From NCBI GenBank assembly GCA_963697895.1, contig OY969100.1, forward strand, positions 1,984,001 through 2,048,000: a DNA stretch of 64,000 bases, written 5' to 3'. This document shows positions 21,169-31,505 of the stretch, piece after piece. A program made the translations under genes and the position numbers. This stretch comes from an uncultured Methanomicrobiales archaeon. GTDB lineage: Archaea; Halobacteriota; Methanomicrobia; Methanomicrobiales; Methanospirillaceae. Below the pieces are notes generated by a model. That model saw nothing but the letters and a program-made list of their open reading frames with translations, was not told where the DNA came from and did no database searches. Position 1 is the first letter of the stretch; each line of letters begins with the position of its first letter.

Positions 21169-22054
21169 ACCGGTCACCCTGGCTGATCAATCTTACTTCC
21201 AGAATCATTTTGAGCGGTATCCACAGGTCCATAGCGATAACACGTTTACCAATATGATCTGTTGGAATCACTATGCCAATTATGAATTTGCTCACGTCCG
21301 GGATAATATCATCATTTCAAGCACAATTGATGGAAAGACAACATTCCGGCCACCGATCGGGCCGCAGGACAATGGTCTCCTTCGCGAGGTGATCCGGCTT
21401 GCTGTGGATTTTGGTGACACCGTTCCGTTTGTCCTGGTAGACGATGAATCACGGGAGTGGATTCAAGAGATATTCACAGACATTGAGTTGTCGCTCGATC
21501 GTGACTATGCGGAGTATGTATATCGGTCATCAGATCTCGCAAATCTTCCGGGAAAGGAATATCTCACCATCCGTCACCAGGTAAATAAATTCAGGCGGAA
21601 TTGTTCACCGGTCGTTCAGCCATTGGGTATTTCGGCTCTTGAAGAAGTGAAACAATTTCTCCTTGAATGGTGTGAATGGAAGGATTGCGACGGGAAAGAA
21701 TTTCTCAAGAATGAGAAAGATGCCATTCTCTTTGCGATTGACCACTTCAGCGAACTCGGCCTGAAGGGTCTTTCTATTCGAGTGCAAGGGAAAATTGGGG
21801 CCATTTCACTCTACGAACCGCTCAATCCCGATACAGTTGTCGTTCATTTCGAAAAAGGACTGCCCGACTGTGAAGGGATTTATAAGGCGATCAACGCAGA
21901 GACCGCTCTCCTGCTTCAGGACGCGTACCGGTACATCAATCGTGAAAGCGATATGGGGGTACCTGGACTGCGCGAAGCAAAGCTTCGATATCATCCGGAT
22001 CATATGGTGGAGGTGTATACTGCCCGGGCAGACGAACTTGAAAAATACCTTTAA
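21146..22054 (+). CDS. DUF2156 (LPG synthase C-terminal-like) soluble protein
   Basis: EYVY....LANLPGK, HFEKG, YINRESDMGVPGLREAKLRYHP. Confidence 0.88.
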   Translation: MLALKDFRPVTLADQSYFQNHFERYPQVHSDNTFTNMICWNHYANYEFAHVRDNIIISSTIDGKTTFRPPIGPQDNGLLREVIRLAVDFGDTVPFVLVDDESREWIQEIFTDIELSLDRDYAEYVYRSSDLANLPGKEYLTIRHQVNKFRRNCSPVVQPLGISALEEVKQFLLEWCEWKDCDGKEFLKNEKDAILFAIDHFSELGLKGLSIRVQGKIGAISLYEPLNPDTVVVHFEKGLPDCEGIYKAINAETALLLQDAYRYINRESDMGVPGLREAKLRYHPDHMVEVYTARADELEKYL

Positions 22055-22354
22055 GAATTGAATCAAAGTTTTGTTGATATAAAATTTTTCTGAATGTGGG
22101 ACCTCCTTCAACCCTGATTTTTGGTCTTTTTTTTAACCTCATTTTCAGCGGTGCGCGGCAGAATTTTACGAGCAAAATGGCCAGATTTGAAATGCGCCTG
22201 ATTATGAGTTTTATTTCGACGAAAGGGTTAATATACGTGAGCAATATCCAGAAGCGTCGTCAATTCATGCGATGACTCGACAAAAAAGTTTAAGTCAGGA
22301 AGGTCCGAACTTCTAAGAAATAGTTTGTGAAAACTATAGTGGGAGTGAAAAAAA

Positions 22355-22780
22355 ATGCTTGACATGAAACATGAAGTTCTGGTCCAACAGATGAAAGATG
22401 AAGATGTGATTAAAAAGTTTAAGAAAGAGAAGGCATGGGGCCTCTGCACCAACGTCGACCTGAGAGCGTGCAATCCTCAGACGATACGGAACCCGGAGAA
22501 GATTAGGGAGTTTATCATAGAACTCTGTGATCTGATCGAGATGAAGAGATTCGGCGAGCCCACTATCGTACACTTTGGCCCCAACGAACGCGTCGCAGGG
22601 TACTCCATGACACAACTCATCGAAACATCCCTGGTTTCCGGACACTTTGCCAACGAAACAAATGCAGCATACCTAGACATCTTCAGCTGCAAGGAATATC
22701 CTCCGGAGAAGATGGCAGAATTCTGCAAACGATTCTTCGGTGCAAAATCTATGACATACAACGTGGTCTTCAGGCAGTAA
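22355..22780 (+). CDS. speD: Pyruvoyl-dependent S-adenosylmethionine decarboxylase family proenzyme
   Basis: DLRACNP, GYSMTQLIETSLVSGH, AYLDIFSC. Confidence 0.75.
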   Translation: MLDMKHEVLVQQMKDEDVIKKFKKEKAWGLCTNVDLRACNPQTIRNPEKIREFIIELCDLIEMKRFGEPTIVHFGPNERVAGYSMTQLIETSLVSGHFANETNAAYLDIFSCKEYPPEKMAEFCKRFFGAKSMTYNVVFRQ

Positions 22781-22897
22781 ATCAAATAGGAGACAACATT
22801 CTTTTTTATATTTCTGCAGATTTACTCGGTCATAATGGTCCAGTTGAAGGCATATTCCGGGCTTCTACCCGATATGTATCGCTGAAACCCGGTTGGT

Positions 22898-23341
22898 TCA
22901 GGGCAGGTAGGGATCAAACCAGTGTTTGATCCGCTGTTCTGCCGCCTCGTACCCGCCATCGATAAATATTGCGCCGATCAACGCCTCAAGTGTCTCGGAA
23001 AGGACATAGGGTTGTCGCTCTGCATGTTGTTTTTTCTCTCCTAGACCCAGCTGTATAAATGCACCTATTCCGATATCACTCGCAATCTTTGCCAGGAGCT
23101 CCTCACGCTCGAGTTCTTTCTTTTTCTGTGTGATCTCATCCGGAGTGGAATATCCTCCCCGGATGAGGAGGTCTACCAGGATCGCTTTCAGAACGGCGTC
23201 TCCGAGTGTGCTGAATATCTCCTGATCTACACACATGCAGTTCCGCTGCTTCTGCTCGTTTGCGAAGGCTTTCCGTGTCAATGCGCGTCCGAGCGTGGCT
23301 TTTTCAAAAAACACATATCCCAACAGATCCTCGATACCCAT
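22898..23341 (-). CDS. Ribonuclease III catalytic-domain-only protein
   Basis: LGYVF..ALT, TLGDAVL, LSETLEALIGAIFIDGG; no dsRBD. Confidence 0.85.
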   Translation of the reverse strand: MGIEDLLGYVFFEKATLGRALTRKAFANEQKQRNCMCVDQEIFSTLGDAVLKAILVDLLIRGGYSTPDEITQKKKELEREELLAKIASDIGIGAFIQLGLGEKKQHAERQPYVLSETLEALIGAIFIDGGYEAAEQRIKHWFDPYLP

Positions 23342-23613
23342 ATAGTTTGCAGCTCCTAACTCATCCGGAAATATGGTTGTCTCGTATCTTGATAAATGAT
23401 CTGAAAGAAGGACGAAAACGTGATTGTACGAGCGAGTCCCAAAATCTTTGAATGGGAGACCCCTGGGATTATCTTTTTTGTTGAATTCGGAATCGATCGA
23501 ACAATTTTTGGTCGCAGGTAATAATGGAGGCCTTCAACACTATACGTTGATGATTGAGGTGGCACAAGATGCCTGGGTTTGACAATATCCCCGTCTCTAC
23601 GAAGCCAATCACC

Positions 23614-24201
23614 TCAAATCAGTGTAAAAATTCCATCGGAAATAATCTTGATAGCGATGGCGGCGACGAGCAGACCAAGCACCTTTGCAATGATTTCCGT
23701 AACACAGTCGCCCAGAAAACGCTGAATTGAGGCTGCGTATTTAAGGATTACCCAGGTTGCGGCAAGAGACAGTGCAATTGCGATCGCCGGGATGATTATC
23801 CCGTAATCCTTGGAGAGAAGGAGCACAGTGGTTATTGCTCCCGGCCCGCAAAGGAGCGGGGTTCCGATCACGACCCCTGCTGTAGTGGCGGAGTGATCGC
23901 CCCCCTTTCCGATCGCGATGCCAAGCGACATCTGCATGCCAAGAATGAACAGAAGAATGCCTCCCGCGATCTGGAAACTGGATAGGGTTATTCCCAGCGT
24001 ATCAAATATCAGGAAATTGAAAAAAAGAAAGATATACATCAGAATACCCGCGACAGCGACCGCGATGAATGCCTGCTTATTGATCTCTCCGGCTGGTTGC
24101 CCTTTCGTCATCGAGGCGAAAATGGGGACGCTCAGGAGGGGATCGAGGATGACAAAGAGCGCCGAAAATGCAAAGATAACGGCCGAGAGAGCGTCCTGCA
24201 T
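23614..24201 (-). CDS. MarC family membrane protein
   Basis: LFVILDPL, GITLSSFQIAGGILL, PLLCGPGAIT; likely ATG at 24201. Confidence 0.9.
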   Translation of the reverse strand: MQDALSAVIFAFSALFVILDPLLSVPIFASMTKGQPAGEINKQAFIAVAVAGILMYIFLFFNFLIFDTLGITLSSFQIAGGILLFILGMQMSLGIAIGKGGDHSATTAGVVIGTPLLCGPGAITTVLLLSKDYGIIIPAIAIALSLAATWVILKYAASIQRFLGDCVTEIIAKVLGLLVAAIAIKIISDGIFTLI

Positions 24202-24711
24202 GGTCCTTATGTCAATTGTTGTCTCTCCGGATGGATAAACAAGCTGGATCCTATTGTCCGGATCGAGAGCAATCCCACCGAGGAAGATAAAGGAAAGAAT
24301 CCCCATAAATTAATCATGCCTTCCGAAAAAAGGGGTCATACGCCAGCAGAACGCCTGTGGCCGTATAAGGAATGAGCGAGAACCAACTATTGACCGGGCC
24401 GATCTTCGGAATTTTAATAATGCAGGAAAATGATGACAGAAAGGAGCGTGTTCAGAGGATGCTCTTGATTTTGGAACCACCTGATAGATAGGGGGATGCC
24501 AGATTTTTGGGGGGTGTCCAGCAAAACGAAAAAAACCAGGTGTTGCCATCACCAAGAGCTAATAGTATATGGGTGTCCTGTTCTTAAAAAATTTGAGGTA
24601 TTAAGATGAATTGCCTGTGATGATCGGATCCAAATGATCGCTTTCCATGCGAGATCCGGCACTGCTTCGAAATGAAAATCCGGATATTTGAGAAGATCGG
24701 CGATATGAGAT

Positions 24712-26067
24712 CTAGCGCCGATCGACCAGTCGTTTAGGCCTTCCCTTAACCCGGTAGAGTTCAAGGGCTCCCGGGCGTACGAAATTAAGAATAATCCGGA
24801 AGCGGTCGTCCTGATATTCCTCTTGAAGTCCGCGTTTTTTGCCAATAAACGCAGAGATGAAACGATCATGCACTTCCCGCTGATCGCAGGAATCCAGATC
24901 AAGACATTCAATACTGACGCGAAGCATCGTCTCTCCTTCGTCCTCTCCTCCGTACAGGAATGCTTCATATTCACCAGTCAGCTGCTCCATGTTCTCCCGT
25001 TGAAAAACACCTCGTTCTATATCCACCCGGTTAAGGGGAGTTCCATGGACCCAAACGGTCTCGGACTCGCGTTGAGGGTTCATTATCTTCATATGCGTCC
25101 TGCCGCAGACACAACGCTCCCGGGACAGAACTACGCTCGTATCTTCGGTATCATAATTGATGAGCAGTGTCCCGCACGTCCCCCCGACCGGAATGAGCGT
25201 TGTGAGGATATTTCTTCCACACTCACCATCCGGAACGAATTGTTTCAGATTCGGATCATAGAGATCCAGGTGCACTAGATCTTCAGGTACATGAAGCCCG
25301 GAGAGGTCGGCACATTCCCCGCACATTGCCCCCTCTGTACTTCCATAGGTATTGTAGACAGTACATCCCCAGATCTCGCTCAGATAAGCCCGGGATTCCG
25401 GAGCAAAACTCTCCCCTCCGACAACCAGACGCTCGATCGATGAATCTGCGGGTACTATTCCCTCTTCCCGCAGGTTTCGTGCAAGCCGAAGCAGCTTAAA
25501 GATGCTTCCCACGATTCCAGTTGGTTTATAGCTCTTAAGCACCCGTACGGAAAAGTTGCAGTTTCCGATCGGGATGACCGTAAAACCGATATCGTGCGCA
25601 GCGAGTGTCATAGTGTTTGCCCCGACATTCATGCCGTAAGAAGCACAAATGACAACCCGGTCGTGTCGGTCGAACCCTTGCGAGATGAATATCCGGGCGT
25701 ATCGTTCTGCATATCGCTCCCAATCTTTCCACGTCAGGAAGAAGCTTTTTGGTATCCCTGATGTACCGCTTGTCTCATGTACCGTAAAAATTTCTTCCCA
25801 TTCTGCACTTCTGAACAGAAAATCCTTCGATACAGGTGGTTGATTCTCACGGATGGTCTGACCGGATATTACCGGGAGCCTTGCCAGATCTTCATGAGAT
25901 GTGATCGTTGCAGGATCTATCGCGTGTTCGCGAAACCATGCACGGTAAAAGGGAGAATGTTCATTCGCGTACTGCACAGTATAGCGAACCCGTTCGTCTA
26001 CCAGCGCATCGAGGTCCTTTCTTCCCAGTGTCTCAACCGACTGATTGAAAAAGGGCATGGTATCCAT
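24712..26067 (-). CDS. ftsA: Coenzyme F390 synthetase
   Basis: HETSGTSGIPKSFFLTW, CASYGMNVGANTM, YGSTEG, LLINYDTED, GRPKRLVDRR. Confidence 0.9.
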   Translation of the reverse strand: MDTMPFFNQSVETLGRKDLDALVDERVRYTVQYANEHSPFYRAWFREHAIDPATITSHEDLARLPVISGQTIRENQPPVSKDFLFRSAEWEEIFTVHETSGTSGIPKSFFLTWKDWERYAERYARIFISQGFDRHDRVVICASYGMNVGANTMTLAAHDIGFTVIPIGNCNFSVRVLKSYKPTGIVGSIFKLLRLARNLREEGIVPADSSIERLVVGGESFAPESRAYLSEIWGCTVYNTYGSTEGAMCGECADLSGLHVPEDLVHLDLYDPNLKQFVPDGECGRNILTTLIPVGGTCGTLLINYDTEDTSVVLSRERCVCGRTHMKIMNPQRESETVWVHGTPLNRVDIERGVFQRENMEQLTGEYEAFLYGGEDEGETMLRVSIECLDLDSCDQREVHDRFISAFIGKKRGLQEEYQDDRFRIILNFVRPGALELYRVKGRPKRLVDRR

Positions 26068-26655
26068 GACGTGGAGTATAAGGAAAATAATCCCATAAAT
26101 ATTTCCTTCCGGGAAAATCTTCCCGGAGGAACAAGACTTCGATACGCAAAGTCTGAGAAAGAGGGAATATACCTTGTCCGATAGATATATCCCGATTGCG
26201 ATATCAGGCGGGGTACTTATCTCGCGAGCAAAAAAATGGCAAAGCAGAAAAGCAGTACGGAATGAACGAAGTGATAACGAAATTACTTGTTCGATCCTGA
26301 ACTGGTTGGAAAAGAGAAGGAGAATGGCACTGATATCTCAGGTAACAACAAAAAAAAATATAATTGCTCCCGCTGTGGTACCAAGGCCTGTTCAGATATG
26401 GCGACCCCCCTCATCATGGTTAAAATGCAAGGTCTATTTGGTTTGAGAATTTCTGCTTTATACGGCAAAGAACATATATCCTCAATGCCGGCTTTCTCCC
26501 TTCAATTCCGCATTTTCAGGTATATGCAAAGCAAAAGGAAATCATAACCGGGTGAGGATCATCCATAACTATATGATTTTTCCCATAAACCACTATACAA
26601 TCCCACGATAAATCAGTTATCTCCAGGGATGAGTCAAAGAACTGAGGAAAGTAAT

Positions 26656-27039
26656 ATGGCCGTCGTAAAGAGATACAAATGCAGATTCTGCTCGTATGTC
26701 TACTCCCCACTCAGGGGTGAACCGCATAACGGGATTCCTGCGGGAACACCGTTTGAAGATCTTCCGGATACGTATGTCTGCCCGATCTGCGGTATGGAAG
26801 GGAAAGGGAAGATAGGCACTTGGGGTTTTGAGGAATTCGTTCCAACAAAATGGATCTGTCAGGTCTGCGGATATGTATACGATCAACAGCGGGGTGAGCC
26901 GCATCGTGGTATTAAACCCGGTACTATGTTTGAGGATCTCCCGGATGACTATACCTGCCCGATCTGTGCAATCGACCCGAAAATAAGCAAGGATTATGGA
27001 AAGGTATTCAAACAGGGATTTGAGCCCCTGATGGTGTAA
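26656..27039 (+). CDS. Tandem two-domain rubredoxin
   Basis: Two CxxC...GTxFEDLPDxYxCPIC units. Confidence 0.9.
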   Translation: MAVVKRYKCRFCSYVYSPLRGEPHNGIPAGTPFEDLPDTYVCPICGMEGKGKIGTWGFEEFVPTKWICQVCGYVYDQQRGEPHRGIKPGTMFEDLPDDYTCPICAIDPKISKDYGKVFKQGFEPLMV

Positions 27040-27067
27040 AGCTAACGCCCGGGCATTGACTGCCAGA

Positions 27068-27360
27068 TCATCTCATCAAATTTTTTCTTTTCTGATCGTC
27101 CTCTTTCGTGGCATCCCGTGCCGCACGGTCTGTTCTCTCCGTCTGCAGACCTCGTTCATCCGACCGCATTACTTTCAGTAGTTCGATGAACACCGAGAGC
27201 ACTGCGGCTTCGAGCGGGTCACCGGTTGTGGCGAACCGAGTGTCCGTGTGAGAACGGATCATGCCGTCGAGCCGGTCGGATGTGCCGGGGCTCTCTCTTC
27301 AGTGCCCGGCGTACCCGCCTGCCAGCGCTCCCCGGTGTCTGTGCCATACTTTCCTGTACC
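27068..27360 (-). pseudogene. Decayed small helical protein resembling the PolB2-associated (arCOG07300-like) family
   Basis: Fragments ERW, RRALKRE and DRLDGMIRSH...DPLEAAVLSVFIELLK lie in different frames; boundaries approximate. Confidence 0.4.
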
Positions 27361-27612
27361 CGGTTAGTTCTGCGCTGACGTTTTTATATACAGTCACTGT
27401 GTCTGTGCATTGATACCAATTTCTCCCTCGGAACGTGGAAACTCGGTATGCGAGGTGAAAGTTGACAGGTGTTCATCAAGGAAAAAAATTATGACGGATT
27501 GTAATCTGTCGATGATCCGAAGGATGGTGGATTGTCGGGTTCATTTTAATGGGAAAGCGAGAACAGATGCCCTTTTCGTGATGCAAATTCCCATATCCGG
27601 AGTAAAAAAAAA

Positions 27613-28653
27613 TTAGATGAGGAGTTGTATCGGGTGGTGAGTGTCAGCGGCGACATCGGTACCCATAGTGCGTACTGCTTCGAGGGTGACGATATCCATA
27701 TACGCCTGGGTAGTGATCATCGGCTCGACGTTCTCGATCGGGCCGTACATGATCAGGTCTGCCCCGAGCGTGCTCGCGATCAGGTTGCATCCGATATCAG
27801 GTGCGGACCATGCTGCCTGTTTGATACCCTCCATGCCGCCGAGGTAGTGATGGGACATCTGCTCGAGGAGGAGGGGTTTGTCCTTGTAACCTGCTTCGAG
27901 GAGGGAGGGGTTCTTCTTCGTTCCCTTCCAGCGCCGGAGCCACGTCCATGCGACGGTCATGTTGTGATACGCACCGCCGGTTGGGAACCCGTGAATTGCC
28001 TTGCATGCGAGGATCTCACGGTATGAGCCTCCGGAGCCGAGCCCGAGCGGGGTAGCCGCGGTGTCGAGAATGGGCCGGGTGATCCCGCACTCCTCGGCGA
28101 TCTGCAACATACCCTTCGTCTGGCCGGCGACACCACCCTCAACGAGCACCTTCTCTCTCCCTGCTACCGACGGGTCGGCCGGGTTAAAGGCGAGGACGAT
28201 TGCTGCGTTGACATCGCTGTTCTTCAGTGCCTCGATGTTTTCCGGTAAGATCGAACCGTTAATCGAGTTGTAGATCGCCCTGTCAGCGAGACCGACCTCG
28301 GTTACATATTTACAGGCATGAGCGAGTGCGGCCGGTACTGATGAATCCATCAGGAATGCGGTCTTGTTGTCGATACTGTCAAACCAGCTGAAATAGTTCT
28401 CAAACGCTGGAGCGGACTCCGAAAGGATTTGGATAAAATGGGGAATCCCCACAGTGTCAGAGAGTACCTGGCACCTGTTCCAGAGGGCCTCGGCCTTTGG
28501 TTTGTCAATCTTACCCGCCTTATCATCGAGCACGATCTCATGCTTGTTGTAGAAGATCGAAGCAGCCAAGACGGTCGGGTATTCACCTGGCTGGCCACCT
28601 ATCTTGGTACCATTGAAATCCCAGATTTTCTGCTCTTTTTCAAATCTGAACAT
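27613..28653 (-). CDS. mtrH: Methyl-H4MPT:CoM methyltransferase subunit H
   Basis: MFRFEKEQ, GGQPGEYPTVL..SIFY, IYNSIN, GADLIMYGPIEN. Confidence 0.96.
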   Translation of the reverse strand: MFRFEKEQKIWDFNGTKIGGQPGEYPTVLAASIFYNKHEIVLDDKAGKIDKPKAEALWNRCQVLSDTVGIPHFIQILSESAPAFENYFSWFDSIDNKTAFLMDSSVPAALAHACKYVTEVGLADRAIYNSINGSILPENIEALKNSDVNAAIVLAFNPADPSVAGREKVLVEGGVAGQTKGMLQIAEECGITRPILDTAATPLGLGSGGSYREILACKAIHGFPTGGAYHNMTVAWTWLRRWKGTKKNPSLLEAGYKDKPLLLEQMSHHYLGGMEGIKQAAWSAPDIGCNLIASTLGADLIMYGPIENVEPMITTQAYMDIVTLEAVRTMGTDVAADTHHPIQLLI

Positions 28654-28669
28654 ATCTTTTCATACCTCC

Positions 28670-29407
28670 TTACAGTAATACATTCAATTTTGGCAGCAGC
28701 ACCAGCAGCAGTACGAATACGATCAATCCTGCCACCAGTCCATAGAGTATGCCGATATCTCGGCCGATTTTTCTGCCCACTCGCTGGGCGATCTCTGCAT
28801 CCACGAACTCGATCTGTTTTTCAACCTTGTCGAGCCGCTTCTCGATCTCCAGGAATTGAGGATTGACGCCTGCTGCGGCAACTTCGACGCCACCGGCGGC
28901 TTCCTTGACCTCGATGATCATCGCGTCGGCAGGGAATGCTCCCGGATCCTGTGCCTTGAGTTCGGCGAGTTTCGCCTTGACGGCACCGAGATCCTCGGTC
29001 TCCATAATGTCGACGACTTTAACCTGCTCCTGGAACCGCTTGATCGCTTCATCCTTGAGGTTCTCGATGAAGGGGATCGCACCTTCCGCACCGACGACCC
29101 TTCCGTCCTTCACGCCATTGGCGTGGAGTGCCTTCATGGTCTGCCCGGACAAGTGCCCCTTCACCTCTGTACCACAAGTGAGCATGAACCGGATATTCGG
29201 GTTGGAGATGATGTTTGCAATGACCTTCTCCAGACCGAGGTTTTCCGTCTTACAGGACCCGCAGATCGCAGCCCCCGCATCACAGATACCCTGCTCGTCG
29301 AGGTGAGAGCCCATGGTCACGACAGCGGTGGGGTTGTTGGGATCGCCCGAGTGGAAGTCACCCCTTACGAGCGGCCATCCACTAGCCGGATTTTTCTTAT
29401 CAACCAT
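28670..29407 (-). CDS. mtrAG: MtrA-MtrG fusion protein
   Basis: MtrA domain ([18 protein letters not shown]) followed by Mtr[34 protein letters not shown]. Confidence 0.92.
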   Translation of the reverse strand: MVDKKNPASGWPLVRGDFHSGDPNNPTAVVTMGSHLDEQGICDAGAAICGSCKTENLGLEKVIANIISNPNIRFMLTCGTEVKGHLSGQTMKALHANGVKDGRVVGAEGAIPFIENLKDEAIKRFQEQVKVVDIMETEDLGAVKAKLAELKAQDPGAFPADAMIIEVKEAAGGVEVAAAGVNPQFLEIEKRLDKVEKQIEFVDAEIAQRVGRKIGRDIGILYGLVAGLIVFVLLLVLLPKLNVLL

Positions 29408-29410
29408 TTT

Positions 29411-29626
29411 TTACACCCCTTGCATGAGGAGCACCGGCACCACAATCAGGATCAGGGCCACGACGACGCCAGCGGTGAATCCGACAATCCCGATAGACGT
29501 TATTGCGGAATCGAATTTATTAGTCCTGGCCAGTATCTGGGATTTATAGCGGATATTCTCCACCATATTGTCGATCGCAACCATCCTGATTGGTCCGGCT
29601 GCTTTTGATCCTTCTTCTTCTGCCAT
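29411..29626 (-). CDS. mtrF: Mtr subunit F
   Basis: VENIRYKSQILARTNKFDSA plus TM helix. Confidence 0.92.
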   Translation of the reverse strand: MAEEEGSKAAGPIRMVAIDNMVENIRYKSQILARTNKFDSAITSIGIVGFTAGVVVALILIVVPVLLMQGV

Positions 29627-29631
29627 CTCCG

Positions 29632-30354
29632 TCACCCCATCAATACGAACCCGAGAAGGGCGAAGATCACGATAAGTCCAATCATAAGGCCCTCGATCTT
29701 ACCTGAATAGACACCCGAGGCAAATTTATCCCGGTATCCGATGTCAGTCACCATCTTCTCGATTATCTTCATTCGTGCATGAACCAGTGCCAGTTCCCCG
29801 GAGAGCGGCCGTACTTCACCAGTTGCCTCTTCGGCACCCCCGGCGGCTTCCTTGACCTCGATGATCATCGCGTCGGCAGGGAATGCTCCCGGATCCTGTG
29901 CCTTGAGTTCGGCGAGTTTCGCCTTGATGGCACCGAGATCCTCGGTCTCCATGATGTCAACGACTTTAACCTGCTCCTGAAACCGCTTGATCGCTTCATC
30001 CTTAAGATTTTCAATAAAGGGGATCGCACCTTCCGCACCGACGACCCTGCCGTCCTTCACGCCATTGGCGTGGAGTGCCTTCATGGTCTGCCCGGACAGA
30101 TGCCCCTTCACCTCAGTACCACAGGTGAGCATGAATCGGATATTCGGGTTGGAGATGATGTTTGCAATGACCTTCTCCAGACCGAGGTTCTCCGTCTTAC
30201 AGGACCCGCAGATCGCAGCCCCCGCATCACAGATACCCTGCTCGTCGAGGTGGGAGCCCATTGTCACGACAGCGGTGGGGTTGTTGGGATCGCCCGAGTG
30301 GAAGTCACCTTTTACGAGCGGCCAGCCACTGGCCGGTGATTTTTTATCTACCAT
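29632..30354 (-). CDS. mtrA: Mtr subunit A
   Basis: VTMGSH, EVKGH, C-terminal [12 protein letters not shown] plus TM. Confidence 0.96.
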   Translation of the reverse strand: MVDKKSPASGWPLVKGDFHSGDPNNPTAVVTMGSHLDEQGICDAGAAICGSCKTENLGLEKVIANIISNPNIRFMLTCGTEVKGHLSGQTMKALHANGVKDGRVVGAEGAIPFIENLKDEAIKRFQEQVKVVDIMETEDLGAIKAKLAELKAQDPGAFPADAMIIEVKEAAGGAEEATGEVRPLSGELALVHARMKIIEKMVTDIGYRDKFASGVYSGKIEGLMIGLIVIFALLGFVLMG

Positions 30355-30365
30355 TTCTTTTCACC

Positions 30366-30647
30366 TCAGACAAAATGGAACACCAGAATACCCGCAATGA
30401 GCAGTCCGACAGCCAGTCCATACCAGAACGCGGTCATACTGCCCGCGATAGGAAGTGCTTTCTCCCTGTTCGGGAACGATGCGCGGAAATTGCCGTAACC
30501 TGAGAGCATATTGACGAGGTCTTCGGATATCCCTTCAATGATCTGAACCTTCTCAATGATGGGGGCAAATGACTCTCCTGCCGTCGTCACGATCCCGACA
30601 AGGGGATCTACCACAAGCCCATACTCGGGAAGAACTTCTACGAACAT
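30366..30647 (-). CDS. mtrB: Mtr subunit B
   Basis: VLPEYGLVVDP, SFPNRE, TAFWYG. Confidence 0.93.
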   Translation of the reverse strand: MFVEVLPEYGLVVDPLVGIVTTAGESFAPIIEKVQIIEGISEDLVNMLSGYGNFRASFPNREKALPIAGSMTAFWYGLAVGLLIAGILVFHFV

Positions 30648-31495
30648 TACTGTCCCTCCATTTCAGGGATCGGCTTTGAATCAAGCCAGCTCGCCGCATC
30701 GCGTTTCGACAGCATGACATACCGGTTGTAGGTATACCACCATCCGATCAGGCTAATGATGATCGTCAGAATGGCCGGTCCCGTGCTGATCAGGGCAAGT
30801 GATATGACCCCGCCCGCGAGCATGGAAAGGAACCCTGCCTCTGCGGCAAGCATCAGCATGCGATCCTGTTTCCACCCCGGGCCCAGTGTTGCATTGAACG
30901 GGTGCTGGATTGCAATTGCCGAGAGCATGAACATGGTCGCGATCAGAGCCCCGCCGATATACGAGGCCACGTAGCTTGGCAGTGAGATCCCGAGGAAAGT
31001 CACCGAACCGGTTGTCAGTCCCAGGAACGTGAAATTCCCGGTCAACATCGCCGAGAAACCAAGCAGTGCCAATGCACCTACTATCGTGAGTTCAGTGAGG
31101 GATTTGATCATCACCGGTATGCGCATATTGAGCACATTGTTCGCCAGATAACCGAGAATAATCCCAATAATGGCCGCTATAACAAGGGCAACGATGGGTG
31201 TCAGGGCACCGTATCGGGTCGCAAACATCATTGCAATGATTCCCGAACCGAGAGATACCATACCAGCCGAAGGTACACCCGTGCCGATACCATAACTGCA
31301 GAGGGTTTTGATGGTATGACTTCCCCATATAATTGCTACAACCGCCCCAAGCCCGCCGAAGAATGAAAACCACGGAGTGCCGATCAGGACATTCAGCCAG
31401 GTCAGGTATATCAATACCATGCTGCCGATAAGTCCTGCGACCAGGATTTTGTTATGGGGGATGCCACCCTCGATAACTTCAACTTTCACAGTCAT
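30647..31495 (-). CDS. mtrC: Mtr subunit C
   Basis: SYGIGTGVPSAG, AIQHPFNATLGP. Confidence 0.95.
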   Translation of the reverse strand: MTVKVEVIEGGIPHNKILVAGLIGSMVLIYLTWLNVLIGTPWFSFFGGLGAVVAIIWGSHTIKTLCSYGIGTGVPSAGMVSLGSGIIAMMFATRYGALTPIVALVIAAIIGIILGYLANNVLNMRIPVMIKSLTELTIVGALALLGFSAMLTGNFTFLGLTTGSVTFLGISLPSYVASYIGGALIATMFMLSAIAIQHPFNATLGPGWKQDRMLMLAAEAGFLSMLAGGVISLALISTGPAILTIIISLIGWWYTYNRYVMLSKRDAASWLDSKPIPEMEGQ

Positions 31496-31505
31496 TTCAT
31501 TCACC

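Larger units (their letters stand above)
28893..30354. repeat. Direct repeat of the mtrA domain: 28893-29407 and 29840-30354 (515 bp each, offset 947)
   Basis: Hand alignment gives about 27 mismatches (~95% identity), mostly synonymous. Confidence 0.9.

Noticed and set aside
22244-22260. SAM-I riboswitch start (ATCCAGA) upstream of speD
   Set aside because: Lacks the GAGGGA/GCAACC/GUGC core and lies too close to the TATA box to be transcribed in full
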